This document shows, one piece after another, positions 36,714 through 46,557 of a DNA stretch of 64,000 nucleotides; position 1 is the stretch's first letter, and every line of letters starts with the position of its first letter. The position numbers were made by a program, and so were the translations under genes. The stretch lies in the IMG/VR virus record IMGVR_UViG_3300009104_001827, positions 124,001 to 188,000 of that record; one strand, given 5' to 3'. Under the pieces are notes generated by a model, which was not told where the DNA came from, did not search any database, and saw only the letters and a program-made list of their open reading frames with translations.

Positions 36714-38678
36714 ATGAAAAATAAAAAACTCAAACAACTATCCATTATTAATTTAATTATAGGATATATAACATTAATGCTATTTAGCTTATTAGTAATA
36801 CTGAACCAACCGACAGAATTGATGGCTGAAGATCAAGACCTTACAGTGGTCAAGGCTTCTGACGAAGATAAAACGGAAGCCCTAGAGCCGCCAGACGAAG
36901 TTAGCGCAAAAGAAAAAGAAATAATCTATATAGACGGGCACCCAACAACATATATTAGAGACAATAGTATAGGCGTAGATAGGCTATCAGGTGTAATTAT
37001 TGATAACGTACCCAACAGACTGGTCGAAAGGGACGACCTAAGGGGTAATATCGCGATAGCAAGAGACACTAGAAATGAAAACCTATTAATAGATAGGCGC
37101 GATAATATAATTATTGATGAAACAATTGATAGACACAATTATAGCAATAGGACTGGCGCTAGCGTCGGTGATAGGCTATATGGGGTTCGTAATAACTCTT
37201 TTGTTGATAATAAAAACAATAGAAGAGATCGGTTGGTTGAAGACATTGATGCTGGAATTCTAGATAGGAGGCTAAATGAGGCAAACCCCTTCGAGGAAAA
37301 CACTGAAGAAGTCGGCGAAGACTTTGGATTAGACGGAAACGATTTCGCTGGAGTTACGCTAGCAGAAGACGATGAAGGTGAGTTAGATTTTGATATTGAC
37401 GATTTCAAAAATGCAGAAATGGGCTCAAAAGGCTACGGAGTCGATAAAGGAAACCTGTACGCCTACAACTACCCCAGCCAGGGCGTTGGAGCTGGTATTG
37501 GAAATGCCGGTGTTGGCGCCGCAGCAGGATTTGCGGGCATTGGCGCCGGAGTTGGACAGGCAGTACTCAACGGAGAAACCGTCCCTACCCTAGGAGGAGT
37601 AGGAACATCTCCCATCATTCCCGGCAATCTGGAAGTTACCCCCGAAAACGACAGAGACGGAGATGGGCTTCCCGCCTCAGTTGAATCTCAAATTGGAACC
37701 AACCCAAACAATGCCGATACAGATGGTGACGGCCTAAGCGATGGAGACGAAGTGTTTAGCTATTCTAACCCCCTAGATAAAACAAGCACCCCCCTCGATT
37801 CCGGCTCGGCTCCCCTCCCCCAATTTGGCGGGGTTGGCGGCTTAGTCAGTGGAGCAGGATCAGGTGTTGCGGCCGGCTTGGTAACCGGCATGGTTAAGAA
37901 GCAACTCGGAATTGGAATTGCCCCCAAGGGGTGCGCCGAGTGCGGAGGTGAGTGCAAAGGGCACGGACACGGGCACGGACACGGAAAGCACGAATACGAT
38001 TTGCCGCCCGATGGAGCGTTGCACATTATGATCCATGTCGACGGAAGTGGGAGTATTCTCGCAACCAGGCGCCAGCTGGACATCATGAAGGACACTCTTA
38101 TGAAGGACGCGCTACTTCCCTACTATAATAATGACGAGTCTCTATACAATAAGAGGGTGACCATTATAGATAACTCGGGAGAACGAACGCTGAGATTCTA
38201 TACGGAAGCAGCAAAGAAAGACAATGTTCTAGCGATTGCGTTCCAAGATGAAGCGGCCCCCGATTATCACCTACCCAATTTTAATAAGACCCCACAAAAT
38301 GCGTATAGCGCAGACTTGGGCAAGCTTAGATCGAACCTGAACGGATACGGCGGATTATACAGAGGCATAATGTTCCAAGTGGACAGGGGACGCACTTTTG
38401 CAAAGTCGTTCAAGGAGCTTGTCGAGTGCGCGTGGAATGGAGAGGGGTACCTGGAAAAACCGGGGACGAACCTCAAGAAGTATCACAGAGACAACAACCT
38501 GCACAATATCAAGAATAAGAACGGAATCGTTTTCAGTGATGAGTATCACGCGAAGTCTGAGGGTGATCCACAATACTATTTGGACTTGATCTTCAAGGCT
38601 TCGAAACGAGTGGGTCTGGACCTTCAAGCAAAGGGCGCTGGACTTACGGACGGTAAATATAACCAAAAGATTGATTGA
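36714..38678 (+). CDS. Exported protein with Ca-binding DxDxDG repeats, His-rich linker and vWA-like domain
   Basis: N-terminal hydrophobic anchor; DRDGDG/DTDGDG; CAECGGECKGHGHGHGHGKH; VDGSGS MIDAS-like motif. Confidence 0.65.
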   Translation: MKNKKLKQLSIINLIIGYITLMLFSLLVILNQPTELMAEDQDLTVVKASDEDKTEALEPPDEVSAKEKEIIYIDGHPTTYIRDNSIGVDRLSGVIIDNVPNRLVERDDLRGNIAIARDTRNENLLIDRRDNIIIDETIDRHNYSNRTGASVGDRLYGVRNNSFVDNKNNRRDRLVEDIDAGILDRRLNEANPFEENTEEVGEDFGLDGNDFAGVTLAEDDEGELDFDIDDFKNAEMGSKGYGVDKGNLYAYNYPSQGVGAGIGNAGVGAAAGFAGIGAGVGQAVLNGETVPTLGGVGTSPIIPGNLEVTPENDRDGDGLPASVESQIGTNPNNADTDGDGLSDGDEVFSYSNPLDKTSTPLDSGSAPLPQFGGVGGLVSGAGSGVAAGLVTGMVKKQLGIGIAPKGCAECGGECKGHGHGHGHGKHEYDLPPDGALHIMIHVDGSGSILATRRQLDIMKDTLMKDALLPYYNNDESLYNKRVTIIDNSGERTLRFYTEAAKKDNVLAIAFQDEAAPDYHLPNFNKTPQNAYSADLGKLRSNLNGYGGLYRGIMFQVDRGRTFAKSFKELVECAWNGEGYLEKPGTNLKKYHRDNNLHNIKNKNGIVFSDEYHAKSEGDPQYYLDLIFKASKRVGLDLQAKGAGLTDGKYNQKID

Positions 38679-38703
38679 CTTTTTGCCTCCCCGACAACAC
38701 AAT
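38675..38703 (+). promoter_or_regulatory. sigma70-type promoter for clpP
   Basis: TTGACT, 17 bp, CACAAT; ATG 38711. Confidence 0.5.
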
Positions 38704-38710
38704 ATATTGT

Positions 38711-39448
38711 ATGTCAAACAAAAGTAAGGACCGAACACCAGAAGAGATAGAGGCTAATGTCGAAAAATTAAAAGCCGAAGCATCAAAAGCTCAGGCTGAA
38801 GCTCGGAAAGTTATAGCTGAAGCGGATACCGCAGAGACAAGAGCTCAAAAGGAAAGGTTTGAGTTCGAAAGGTATCAGGAAGAAAGAAAAAAAAGGCTTT
38901 CCGTTGATAGGGAAAATCGCGTATATCGATTCAGTGGTGGGGTAGATAAATCCTCAGTTGAAAAATGCAGAGACGCCCTAACTGAATGGTCGAGATGCTC
39001 TCCAGGGTGTGATATAGAAATTGTATTTGCCTCCCCTGGCGGAGGAATAACTGCGGGGTTTGAATTATTTGACTACATCCAGCAATTAAGATTTGCGGGT
39101 CACAAAATCACAACAGGATCTTTAGGTATGGCTGCATCTATGGCGGGCATATTGCTTCAAGCTGGCGAACATCGCTGGATTGGGCACCAATCTTGGATAC
39201 TAATACATCGGGCAGCCTTTGGGGCCATTGGTAAAACTTTTGAAATTGAAGATGAGGTGGAATTAATTAAAAGAATTGAAGAAAGGATAATTGAAATTTT
39301 CACCTCTAGATCAAATCTTACAAAATTAAAAATTAAAAGAAATTGGAACAGAAAAGATTGGTGGATAAATGCAGACGAAGCGCTAGACATGGGTCTTGTT
39401 GACGAAGTTAGAGGCAAACTGCCAGAGGGAAAAAACATCGGCGGCTAG
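38711..39448 (+). CDS. clpP: ClpP-family serine protease
   Basis: SPGG, GMAASMA (Ser), ILIHR (His), DWWINADEALDMGLVD (Asp); coiled-coil N-terminal extension. Confidence 0.88.
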   Translation: MSNKSKDRTPEEIEANVEKLKAEASKAQAEARKVIAEADTAETRAQKERFEFERYQEERKKRLSVDRENRVYRFSGGVDKSSVEKCRDALTEWSRCSPGCDIEIVFASPGGGITAGFELFDYIQQLRFAGHKITTGSLGMAASMAGILLQAGEHRWIGHQSWILIHRAAFGAIGKTFEIEDEVELIKRIEERIIEIFTSRSNLTKLKIKRNWNRKDWWINADEALDMGLVDEVRGKLPEGKNIGG

Positions 39449-39544
39449 CGGACGATTCCGTTCTAAAGTCCATTCCTAAAACACACGCCCCAGCAGACAG
39501 GGGCAACAAAAGCCAAGGTTTCCTCACCTAGACATACATTAACC

Positions 39545-39573
39545 TTGACAATTAAGCTTAAATCGGGTAGACT
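39545..39573 (+). promoter_or_regulatory. sigma70-type promoter for polymerase operon
   Basis: TTGACA, 17 bp, TAGACT. Confidence 0.7.
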
Positions 39574-39592
39574 ATATACAATTCCGATTAAG

Positions 39593-40318
39593 ATGATTCC
39601 TCTATTTACTTCTCACTACAGCATTGGCAAAAGCATATTAACGCTCGACCACCCAGACAAGCAAACCGAGGGCGGCTCAACCAGCGTATTTAGTATCGCT
39701 CAAAAGAACAACCTAAAAGAAATATTTTTGGTAGAAAACTCACTGACCGGATTTCCTCAGGCGCTCACGATATCAGCGGAGCTAGGAATACAGTTATGCT
39801 TCGGCCTTTTGCTCAAAATCTGCGAGCAAGACCATAAGATTATCGTCTTCGCAAAAAACTCAAAAGGATGCAAAAGATTAAATCAAATATACAGCGAAGC
39901 GTTCGCGGGAGATAAAGAATGTATCTCAACCGAAAACTTAAAAAAATTCTGGAACAGTAAGGAGCTTATGCTCTGCATACCGTTTTACGACTCTTTTATA
40001 TATAAAAATATAATGACGTTTGACAGTTGCACGCCAGACCTGTCCGCGTTCAGTCCGCTATTTTTTCTCGAAGAAAACAACCTACCTTTTGACAATCTCG
40101 TTCGCCAGAAGGTCGAAGCATATGCCGAATCAAGAGGGCATGACACGCAGTTAGTTAAATCCATTTACTACGAAAACCAAGAAGACGCAGAAGCCTTGCA
40201 GGTCTATAAATGCATATGCAGCAGAAGGTTCGGAAAGAGCTCTCTGTCAAAACCGAATCTAGACCACTTCGGAAGTGATGAATTTAGCTTCGAGAGCCTA
40301 CTTAAGAAGAAAAAATGA
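39593..40318 (+). CDS. Stand-alone PHP domain of DNA polymerase III alpha
   Basis: SHYSIGKS, IIVFAKNSKG..RL match DnaE PHP; metal ligands look degenerate. Confidence 0.8.
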   Translation: MIPLFTSHYSIGKSILTLDHPDKQTEGGSTSVFSIAQKNNLKEIFLVENSLTGFPQALTISAELGIQLCFGLLLKICEQDHKIIVFAKNSKGCKRLNQIYSEAFAGDKECISTENLKKFWNSKELMLCIPFYDSFIYKNIMTFDSCTPDLSAFSPLFFLEENNLPFDNLVRQKVEAYAESRGHDTQLVKSIYYENQEDAEALQVYKCICSRRFGKSSLSKPNLDHFGSDEFSFESLLKKKK

Positions 40319-40827
40319 AATACAAGCTATACAATTCAGGGAAAACCTTCCTTGACAGATCCCCTATTTCAGGCAGGGGCGTTTTCGCCTCTGAACCCTT
40401 TCGCAGGGGAGAACTCATAGAGCAATGCCATTTCATTATACCAGAACAAGATAAAGGCGGCAGAGATAAGGAACTCTTGAGATACATGTTTGCCATAACC
40501 AATGAAGAATCAATAAAATCCTCCAAGGAAACATTCCTTAAGATTTTTCTAGGAAATCTAATCGACAACAAGAAGGACGCGGGCAGCGAGCGCTCACAAG
40601 CAATAAAGAACTGCGTTGAGCTTGGATATAAATCGCTAGACAAACTATTCGATTCGGCAGTTGTACTCGGAAACGGAATGATATTTAATCATTCAGACAA
40701 ACCAAATATTGATTATTGTTTTAATGAAGACGACTTCTGCTTCGACTATAATGCATCTAAAGATATACAACAAAACGAAGAGCTCGTAATTAATTACGGC
40801 AACCCAGAAAGGGGAGATATAAAATGA
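40315..40827 (+). CDS. SET-domain protein-lysine methyltransferase
   Basis: SPISGRGVFA, IFNHSDKPN, DIQQNEELVINYG. Confidence 0.88.
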   Translation: MKYKLYNSGKTFLDRSPISGRGVFASEPFRRGELIEQCHFIIPEQDKGGRDKELLRYMFAITNEESIKSSKETFLKIFLGNLIDNKKDAGSERSQAIKNCVELGYKSLDKLFDSAVVLGNGMIFNHSDKPNIDYCFNEDDFCFDYNASKDIQQNEELVINYGNPERGDIK

Positions 40828-41465
40828 AAGAATCGCTATTAAGATTTAAAGACAAACAGAAATATCTTATTTTTGATTATGAAACCTGCAACCTCAACCT
40901 CATGTCAAAAGATAATAAACCTTGGCAGCTTGCATTTCTTTTAGTTCAGGGCAATAAAATATTAGACAAAGCCGACTACATACTCTCTTGGCCAGACATC
41001 AACGTCTCTAAAGACGCAGCCAGAATAACAGGCTTTTCCTACGCCAAGTATAATAAGAGAAAAAGCTGCCCGCTGAAGGCGTTAGATCACTTCGAAAAAT
41101 ATTTATACGATAAAAAAATCCTAACCGTCGGACACAACATACTCGGATTCGACTTATATATCCACAATATCCACCGCAAGCTTTGCGGGAAAACCTCCGA
41201 CTACTCATATATAGAAAATACGCTAGACACCGTGTGCCTTGGGAGGGCTATTAAAGCGGGTATAAAGAGGCAGAAGGGGACAGACCTACTATCGTGGCAG
41301 TATAGGCTATTAAACCACCGCCAAAAAGGCCTGAAGGTAACACTAAAGCAATGCTGCAAGGACTACGGAATAAACTACAATCCGGAAAAATTGCATGATG
41401 CGCTTTACGACATAGAGAAAAACAACGAAGTATTTCAAAAAATGCTATGGGAGGTGGAGGTATGA
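40824..41465 (+). CDS. dnaQ: DEDDh 3'-5' exonuclease (epsilon-like)
   Basis: FDYET, GHNILGFD, LHDALYD. Confidence 0.88.
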   Translation: MKESLLRFKDKQKYLIFDYETCNLNLMSKDNKPWQLAFLLVQGNKILDKADYILSWPDINVSKDAARITGFSYAKYNKRKSCPLKALDHFEKYLYDKKILTVGHNILGFDLYIHNIHRKLCGKTSDYSYIENTLDTVCLGRAIKAGIKRQKGTDLLSWQYRLLNHRQKGLKVTLKQCCKDYGINYNPEKLHDALYDIEKNNEVFQKMLWEVEV

Positions 41466-44017
41466 TATCCAACTTCAAAAAATACAAAGACTGCATGCCC
41501 CCAGGTGTACTGCTTCCGAATATTAAGATCAATAAGAAATATTACGACGAGCTCGAAATCCCGAGCGATTCATCCAATTTCGACTTCCTTAGACACTTAT
41601 GCCTAAAGGGAGTAAAAGAAAAAAATATTAACAAGAAAAACGATGACGAAAAGCAGACCTATTATTCTAGAGCAAAAATGGAACTCAAAATCCTTGACGA
41701 GCTTGGGTTTATCGACTACATTTTACTTAACTGGGATATTCTTGAGTATTGTCATAATAACAATATTCCTACTGGGCCTGGCCGTGGCTCGGCGGCTGGC
41801 TCGCTTGTTCTATATCTGATAGGCGTAACAAAAATAGATCCGGTAGAACATAATCTCTTTTTTGAGAGATTTGTCTCTAAAAGCAGGGCAAAATCCACAG
41901 AACATAAGGGAGTAAAATACCTTGACGGAGGACTACTGGCGGATATTGACAATGATATAGCCTACGAGCATAGGCAAGAAGTAATAAAATACATCGAGGG
42001 AAAACACCCAAATAGCACTGCAAAGATATTAACTTTAAATACGCTTAGCAGCAAACTCTGCCTTAGGGAATGCGGGAAAATAGTAGGAGAATTAGACGAG
42101 CAGGAAATTTCACTAATTACGGACGAGATTCCTAAGCAATTTGGCAAAGTAGACCCTCTTAGCGATTCCTATAATAAAAGCGAAAAAATTAAGGAATGGG
42201 CCGACGCCAATCCGCGCATATTCGGTGTTGCGAAAAAACTTGAAAACCTGAACAAGAACACGGGAGTTCATCCCTCCGGCATCGCAATTGCCGCAGAAAA
42301 TATCTCAAACATATGCCCAATACAAAAGACGAAAGACGGAAGCCTTATTACCGGGTACGATATGAATTGGGTTTCAGAATTAATGGTTAAATTCGACATA
42401 CTCGGACTTCGAACATTAAGCGTTATCAATACGACCTGCAAGCGAGTGGGCATATCGGCTGAGGACATAGACATAAATGACGAAGGGGTCTATCTCCCGT
42501 TGCAAGACCTTCGCCACCCTCATGGGCTTTTCCAAATTGAGGCAGATACAGACTATAAGGTTTGCAAGAAAATTCAGCCCAAAAATATAGAAGAGCTGAG
42601 CGCAGTACTGGCAATCGCTCGCCCAGGTGCATTGGACTTCTTAGATAATTATCACAATCACGTTTCCACGGGCAACTTCCAAAGCATACATCCCTTCTTC
42701 GACGACATCCTCTCGCACACCGGCGGCATCCCACTGTATCAGGAGCAGTTAATGCAAATGGCCGTAAAGGTTGGATTCACGCTTGACGAATCGGAGCAAA
42801 TAAGAAGAATAGTGGGTAAAAAGAAAATCAAAGAAATGCCGATATGGAAAGAAAAAATTAAAGATAAAATATCCGAAAACGGAGTTGATAAAGAAGCCGG
42901 AGACGTCCTATGGAGAGTGGCAGAAGATAGCGCAAACTATTCGTTCAACAAGAGTCACTCAATCGCATACTCCACTCTATCAGCCTGGACAACATATCTA
43001 AAATTCAAACACCCCCAACAGTTCTTCTTGTCATTGCTTCAGATGACTAGATTTGAGCCCTGCCCTCAAGACGAGATTGGCAAAATCAGTCAAGAGCTAT
43101 CTTCTTTTGGCATTAAACTATTGCCTCCAAATTTGGCAAAGTCAAAAATGGACTTCTCGATAGAGGGTCCAGATATACGCTATGGATTAAATAGCATTAA
43201 GGGAATTAGCGAAAAGTCGCTTAAGTCTTTAATGGAATTCAGAAAAGAGAGCGGAACCTCAAAATATGACATGTTCATGTCTGCCAAGCAGGCCGGACTG
43301 AATATAGGTACGGTTTGCGCCCTCATCCAGGCCGGAGCTCTCTCCAATTACAACGGCAGCAGGCCGCTGCTAGTATTGGAGGCTCAAGTATTCAACTCCC
43401 TGACAGAGAGGGAGAAAAGAAACTTTGTCGAACTAGGCCCAAAGTTTGAGTATAGATTGCTAGATTCTATAGTCCACGCAAGAGACAACGATCTTGTCGG
43501 GGACGACGGGAGACCCCTCTTTAAGGAGTCTAGATTTCAGACCTTCAAGAAAAAGTACGAGCCCTATAAGCAAATTTACATAAAAAATAGCAAGTCTCAG
43601 AGTTTCGCAGACTGGTATTTTGAGAATCAGCTATTAGGATATTCTTATAGCCAAAACCTAAGGTCTGTATTCTCAAGAAAACCTGAAACATTTGTAAATT
43701 ATAGCGACTACGAATTAATGGGCAAGAATTCCGCAGGAAGAATTATAGGGATGGTGCAGGATTCTTTTGTGAGGACCAGTAGAAGCGGAAATAAGTATAT
43801 GAAAATTGAAATTGCAGACGAGAGAGGAGTATTTCAATGCATGCTATGCAATAGTCGAAGAGGTAACAGGCTGGACGAATTCTTGGAAGACAACGACGTT
43901 CCAGATAAAAACAGTATAGTAATTGCCTATGGCTCCAAAGGGGAAGACGCCTTCTTTCTGGAAGACATGAAAATTATGGATGAGCAAATTTACATGAAGC
44001 TCGCAGACCTCAAATAG
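41462..44017 (+). CDS. dnaE: DNA polymerase III alpha catalytic core lacking PHP
   Basis: GPGRGSAAGSL, DIDND, GVHPSG, KFDILGL, YQEQLM, SFNKSHS, C-terminal OB fold; ATGA overlap at 41462. Confidence 0.95.
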   Translation: MISNFKKYKDCMPPGVLLPNIKINKKYYDELEIPSDSSNFDFLRHLCLKGVKEKNINKKNDDEKQTYYSRAKMELKILDELGFIDYILLNWDILEYCHNNNIPTGPGRGSAAGSLVLYLIGVTKIDPVEHNLFFERFVSKSRAKSTEHKGVKYLDGGLLADIDNDIAYEHRQEVIKYIEGKHPNSTAKILTLNTLSSKLCLRECGKIVGELDEQEISLITDEIPKQFGKVDPLSDSYNKSEKIKEWADANPRIFGVAKKLENLNKNTGVHPSGIAIAAENISNICPIQKTKDGSLITGYDMNWVSELMVKFDILGLRTLSVINTTCKRVGISAEDIDINDEGVYLPLQDLRHPHGLFQIEADTDYKVCKKIQPKNIEELSAVLAIARPGALDFLDNYHNHVSTGNFQSIHPFFDDILSHTGGIPLYQEQLMQMAVKVGFTLDESEQIRRIVGKKKIKEMPIWKEKIKDKISENGVDKEAGDVLWRVAEDSANYSFNKSHSIAYSTLSAWTTYLKFKHPQQFFLSLLQMTRFEPCPQDEIGKISQELSSFGIKLLPPNLAKSKMDFSIEGPDIRYGLNSIKGISEKSLKSLMEFRKESGTSKYDMFMSAKQAGLNIGTVCALIQAGALSNYNGSRPLLVLEAQVFNSLTEREKRNFVELGPKFEYRLLDSIVHARDNDLVGDDGRPLFKESRFQTFKKKYEPYKQIYIKNSKSQSFADWYFENQLLGYSYSQNLRSVFSRKPETFVNYSDYELMGKNSAGRIIGMVQDSFVRTSRSGNKYMKIEIADERGVFQCMLCNSRRGNRLDEFLEDNDVPDKNSIVIAYGSKGEDAFFLEDMKIMDEQIYMKLADLK

Positions 44018-44028
44018 TGTAAGTTATC

Positions 44029-46557
44029 ATGATGGAGCACAAACCAAACTTTACCCCCAGAGCGCAGAGGGCAATAGAAATATCAAAAAAAACCGCCAAA
44101 GACATGGGCTCGAAGACCGTTGCGCTCGAGCATCTTTTCCTGGGCATACTGCACCTCAAAGCAGGAGTAATCCACGAAGTGCTCTTGGGAGTGGGAATCA
44201 GCCCTGCTAATCTTATTACTGCCATTTCCAATAGAATAAAGGAAGAGGCAGTCTTCCACGCCTCTGAAGACACTCCCGAATTTGATCCAAAATTCAAGCA
44301 GGTACTAGAAATAGCTGCACTAATTAGCAAAAATTTTGGGCATGATTATGTAGGGATAGAGCACATGCTTTTAGCAATGCTAAAATATGACGGTTCTCCG
44401 ATTAATGAGTATTTCAAACTCCTCGACATACCCGAAGATCTGATTATTGAACAAATTAAAAACTATTTTCAGCTTACAGTGCCGGAGGTCCCGATCATAG
44501 GAGGGTTCCACCCTTTCTTTATAAATCCCCAAGGAAACCCCCAGAACCAAGCAGGGGCAGAGCCCTCCCAGAGTAAGCCCCGGCGCCAAACGATGATCGA
44601 TAAGTACGGGGTTAATTATGTGGAAATGGCGGCAGATAATAAATTTGACGAAATAATAGGAAAAGAATCCGAAATCCTGGAGGTATGTGAAATTTTATGC
44701 AGGAGAATAAAAAACAACCCAGTACTCCTGGGAGACCCTGGCGTTGGGAAGACTGCAATCGTAGAGGGCCTCGCGCAGTCTATAGTAAAAAGCTCCGCAC
44801 CAGAACACCTGCTTGATAAGCAGATATACGGGATAGATCTAGCCTCTATGATTGCGGGAACCAAATACAGGGGGCAATTTGAAGAAAGGCTCAAAGGAAT
44901 GCTTGAAGAAGCGATAGAAGACGATAGGATAATTTTATTCATTGACGAGCTGCACACCTTAGTCGGCGCTGGCAGCGCAGAAGGAACAATGGATGCGGCA
45001 AACATATTAAAACCCCTCCTTTCAAAAGGAGCCATAAGATGCATTGGAGCGACAACAAACAAAGAATACAAAAAAAGCATACTTAAAGACGGTGCGCTTG
45101 ATCGAAGATTTCAGCCCGTAACATGCAGGCAACCAAGCGAAAAGGAAACCCTAGAGATACTTAAGGGGGTAAAACATAAATATGAGGAATTCCATTACGT
45201 AGACTACGACCAAGAGTGCCTTAAGCTCATAGTAGATTTGGCAGCAAGATACATTCCGTCAAAGCAATTCCCTGACAAAGCGCTAGACATATTAGATCAA
45301 GTAGGCGCAAAAGTAAAAATAAAATCTTTTGTCCGGCCTAAGAAAAGCAAGGCAATGGAGCTAGAACTGGAAGACCTCATGAGAGAAGAAGATATCCTAC
45401 GAGGTCAAGGAATAGATTGCTCAGGAGTAAACAAAAAACAAGAAGACCTTCTAGAAAAATACTCAAAGTCCCTGCAGAACTGGGCAAACAAAAACTTTAA
45501 AAACAGAAAACGAATAAGGCCTCAGGATATTTACAGAACCGTCTCCCAACTCACCAACGTGCCCATGGCAGAACTCTCAAGGACTGACGCCCAGAGATTT
45601 CTCAACCTTGAAGATAAAATGAAATCAAAGATTATTGGGCAAGACCATGCGGTCGCGACAATCTGCAAAGCAATACTACGCTCAAAATCTGGACTCAGAA
45701 ATGAGAGCAAACCAATCGGCAGCTTTCTGCTTCTAGGTCAGACCGGTTTGGGTAAAACCTATACCGCAAAAACGATAGCCTCATCCCTTTTTGGGAGTAG
45801 TTCTGAAATAATTGCGGTAGACATGAGCGAGTATTCTGAAAAAATTTCCAGCACAAGACTATCGGGCGCTGCACCAGGCTACGTTGGCTACGAAGAGGGT
45901 TCCGCGCTAATAGACAAAATCACAAAAAACCCATATAGCGTAGTATTATTTGATGAAATAGAAAAGGCACACCCAGACGTAATCCAGTCTCTACTACAGG
46001 TCCTCGAGGAGGGTAGATTAACAGACGGACTAGGAAGGGTTGGCGATTTTACAAATAGCATAATTATCCTAACAGGCAACATAGGCTCGGAAATTGCCGG
46101 ACAGGGCGGTAGTATGGGATTCGCAGCAGCAGAAGACCAGCATTCTATTATTGTTGACAAAATTACCGAAAAGGCGAGCCAAGCACTTAGGCCAGAGTTT
46201 GTAAACAGGATAACAGAAGTTATAGTTTTTAATTCATTTAGTAAAGAAGATTTTTCCAAGATATTAAACTTAGAGCTCAAACCATTAAGGAAGAAACTCA
46301 AGGAAAGAGACATATCCCTACGCATAGGAAAGAATCTAAGAAGTTCAATTATAGAGAAAACTCAAGATTCAAACTATGGCGCCAGGCCTGTAGCAAGAAT
46401 AATTCAAAAAGAAATAGAGGACGAACTGGCTGAACTCCTAATTAACGGGAAGCTCAAAGACGGCGAAAAAATCTCTTTCACTGGGTCCGTCGGAGAAGTA
46501 AGTTATTCCATTACGGCAAAACCGGCTTCTGAGGATCAAACGCCTCCTCTTCCTTAA
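44029..46557 (+). CDS. clpC: ClpC/ClpA-type Hsp100 AAA+ ATPase
   Basis: Clp N-domain, GDPGVGKT, FIDELH, short M domain, GQTGLGKT, FDEIEKAH, SMGF loop. Confidence 0.9.
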   Translation: MMEHKPNFTPRAQRAIEISKKTAKDMGSKTVALEHLFLGILHLKAGVIHEVLLGVGISPANLITAISNRIKEEAVFHASEDTPEFDPKFKQVLEIAALISKNFGHDYVGIEHMLLAMLKYDGSPINEYFKLLDIPEDLIIEQIKNYFQLTVPEVPIIGGFHPFFINPQGNPQNQAGAEPSQSKPRRQTMIDKYGVNYVEMAADNKFDEIIGKESEILEVCEILCRRIKNNPVLLGDPGVGKTAIVEGLAQSIVKSSAPEHLLDKQIYGIDLASMIAGTKYRGQFEERLKGMLEEAIEDDRIILFIDELHTLVGAGSAEGTMDAANILKPLLSKGAIRCIGATTNKEYKKSILKDGALDRRFQPVTCRQPSEKETLEILKGVKHKYEEFHYVDYDQECLKLIVDLAARYIPSKQFPDKALDILDQVGAKVKIKSFVRPKKSKAMELELEDLMREEDILRGQGIDCSGVNKKQEDLLEKYSKSLQNWANKNFKNRKRIRPQDIYRTVSQLTNVPMAELSRTDAQRFLNLEDKMKSKIIGQDHAVATICKAILRSKSGLRNESKPIGSFLLLGQTGLGKTYTAKTIASSLFGSSSEIIAVDMSEYSEKISSTRLSGAAPGYVGYEEGSALIDKITKNPYSVVLFDEIEKAHPDVIQSLLQVLEEGRLTDGLGRVGDFTNSIIILTGNIGSEIAGQGGSMGFAAAEDQHSIIVDKITEKASQALRPEFVNRITEVIVFNSFSKEDFSKILNLELKPLRKKLKERDISLRIGKNLRSSIIEKTQDSNYGARPVARIIQKEIEDELAELLINGKLKDGEKISFTGSVGEVSYSITAKPASEDQTPPLP

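Noticed and set aside
38711-39448. ClpP as prohead protease
   Set aside because: A protease-scaffold gene already precedes the capsid, and this ClpP has an early-type promoter
39449-39544. Possible tRNA or ncRNA in intergenic gap
   Set aside because: Only a short GCCCC/GGGGC hairpin; no cloverleaf or T-loop consensus
38675-39593. TTG starts at 38675 and 39545 from the ORF track
   Set aside because: These TTGs are -35 boxes; downstream ATGs 38711 and 39593 fit better
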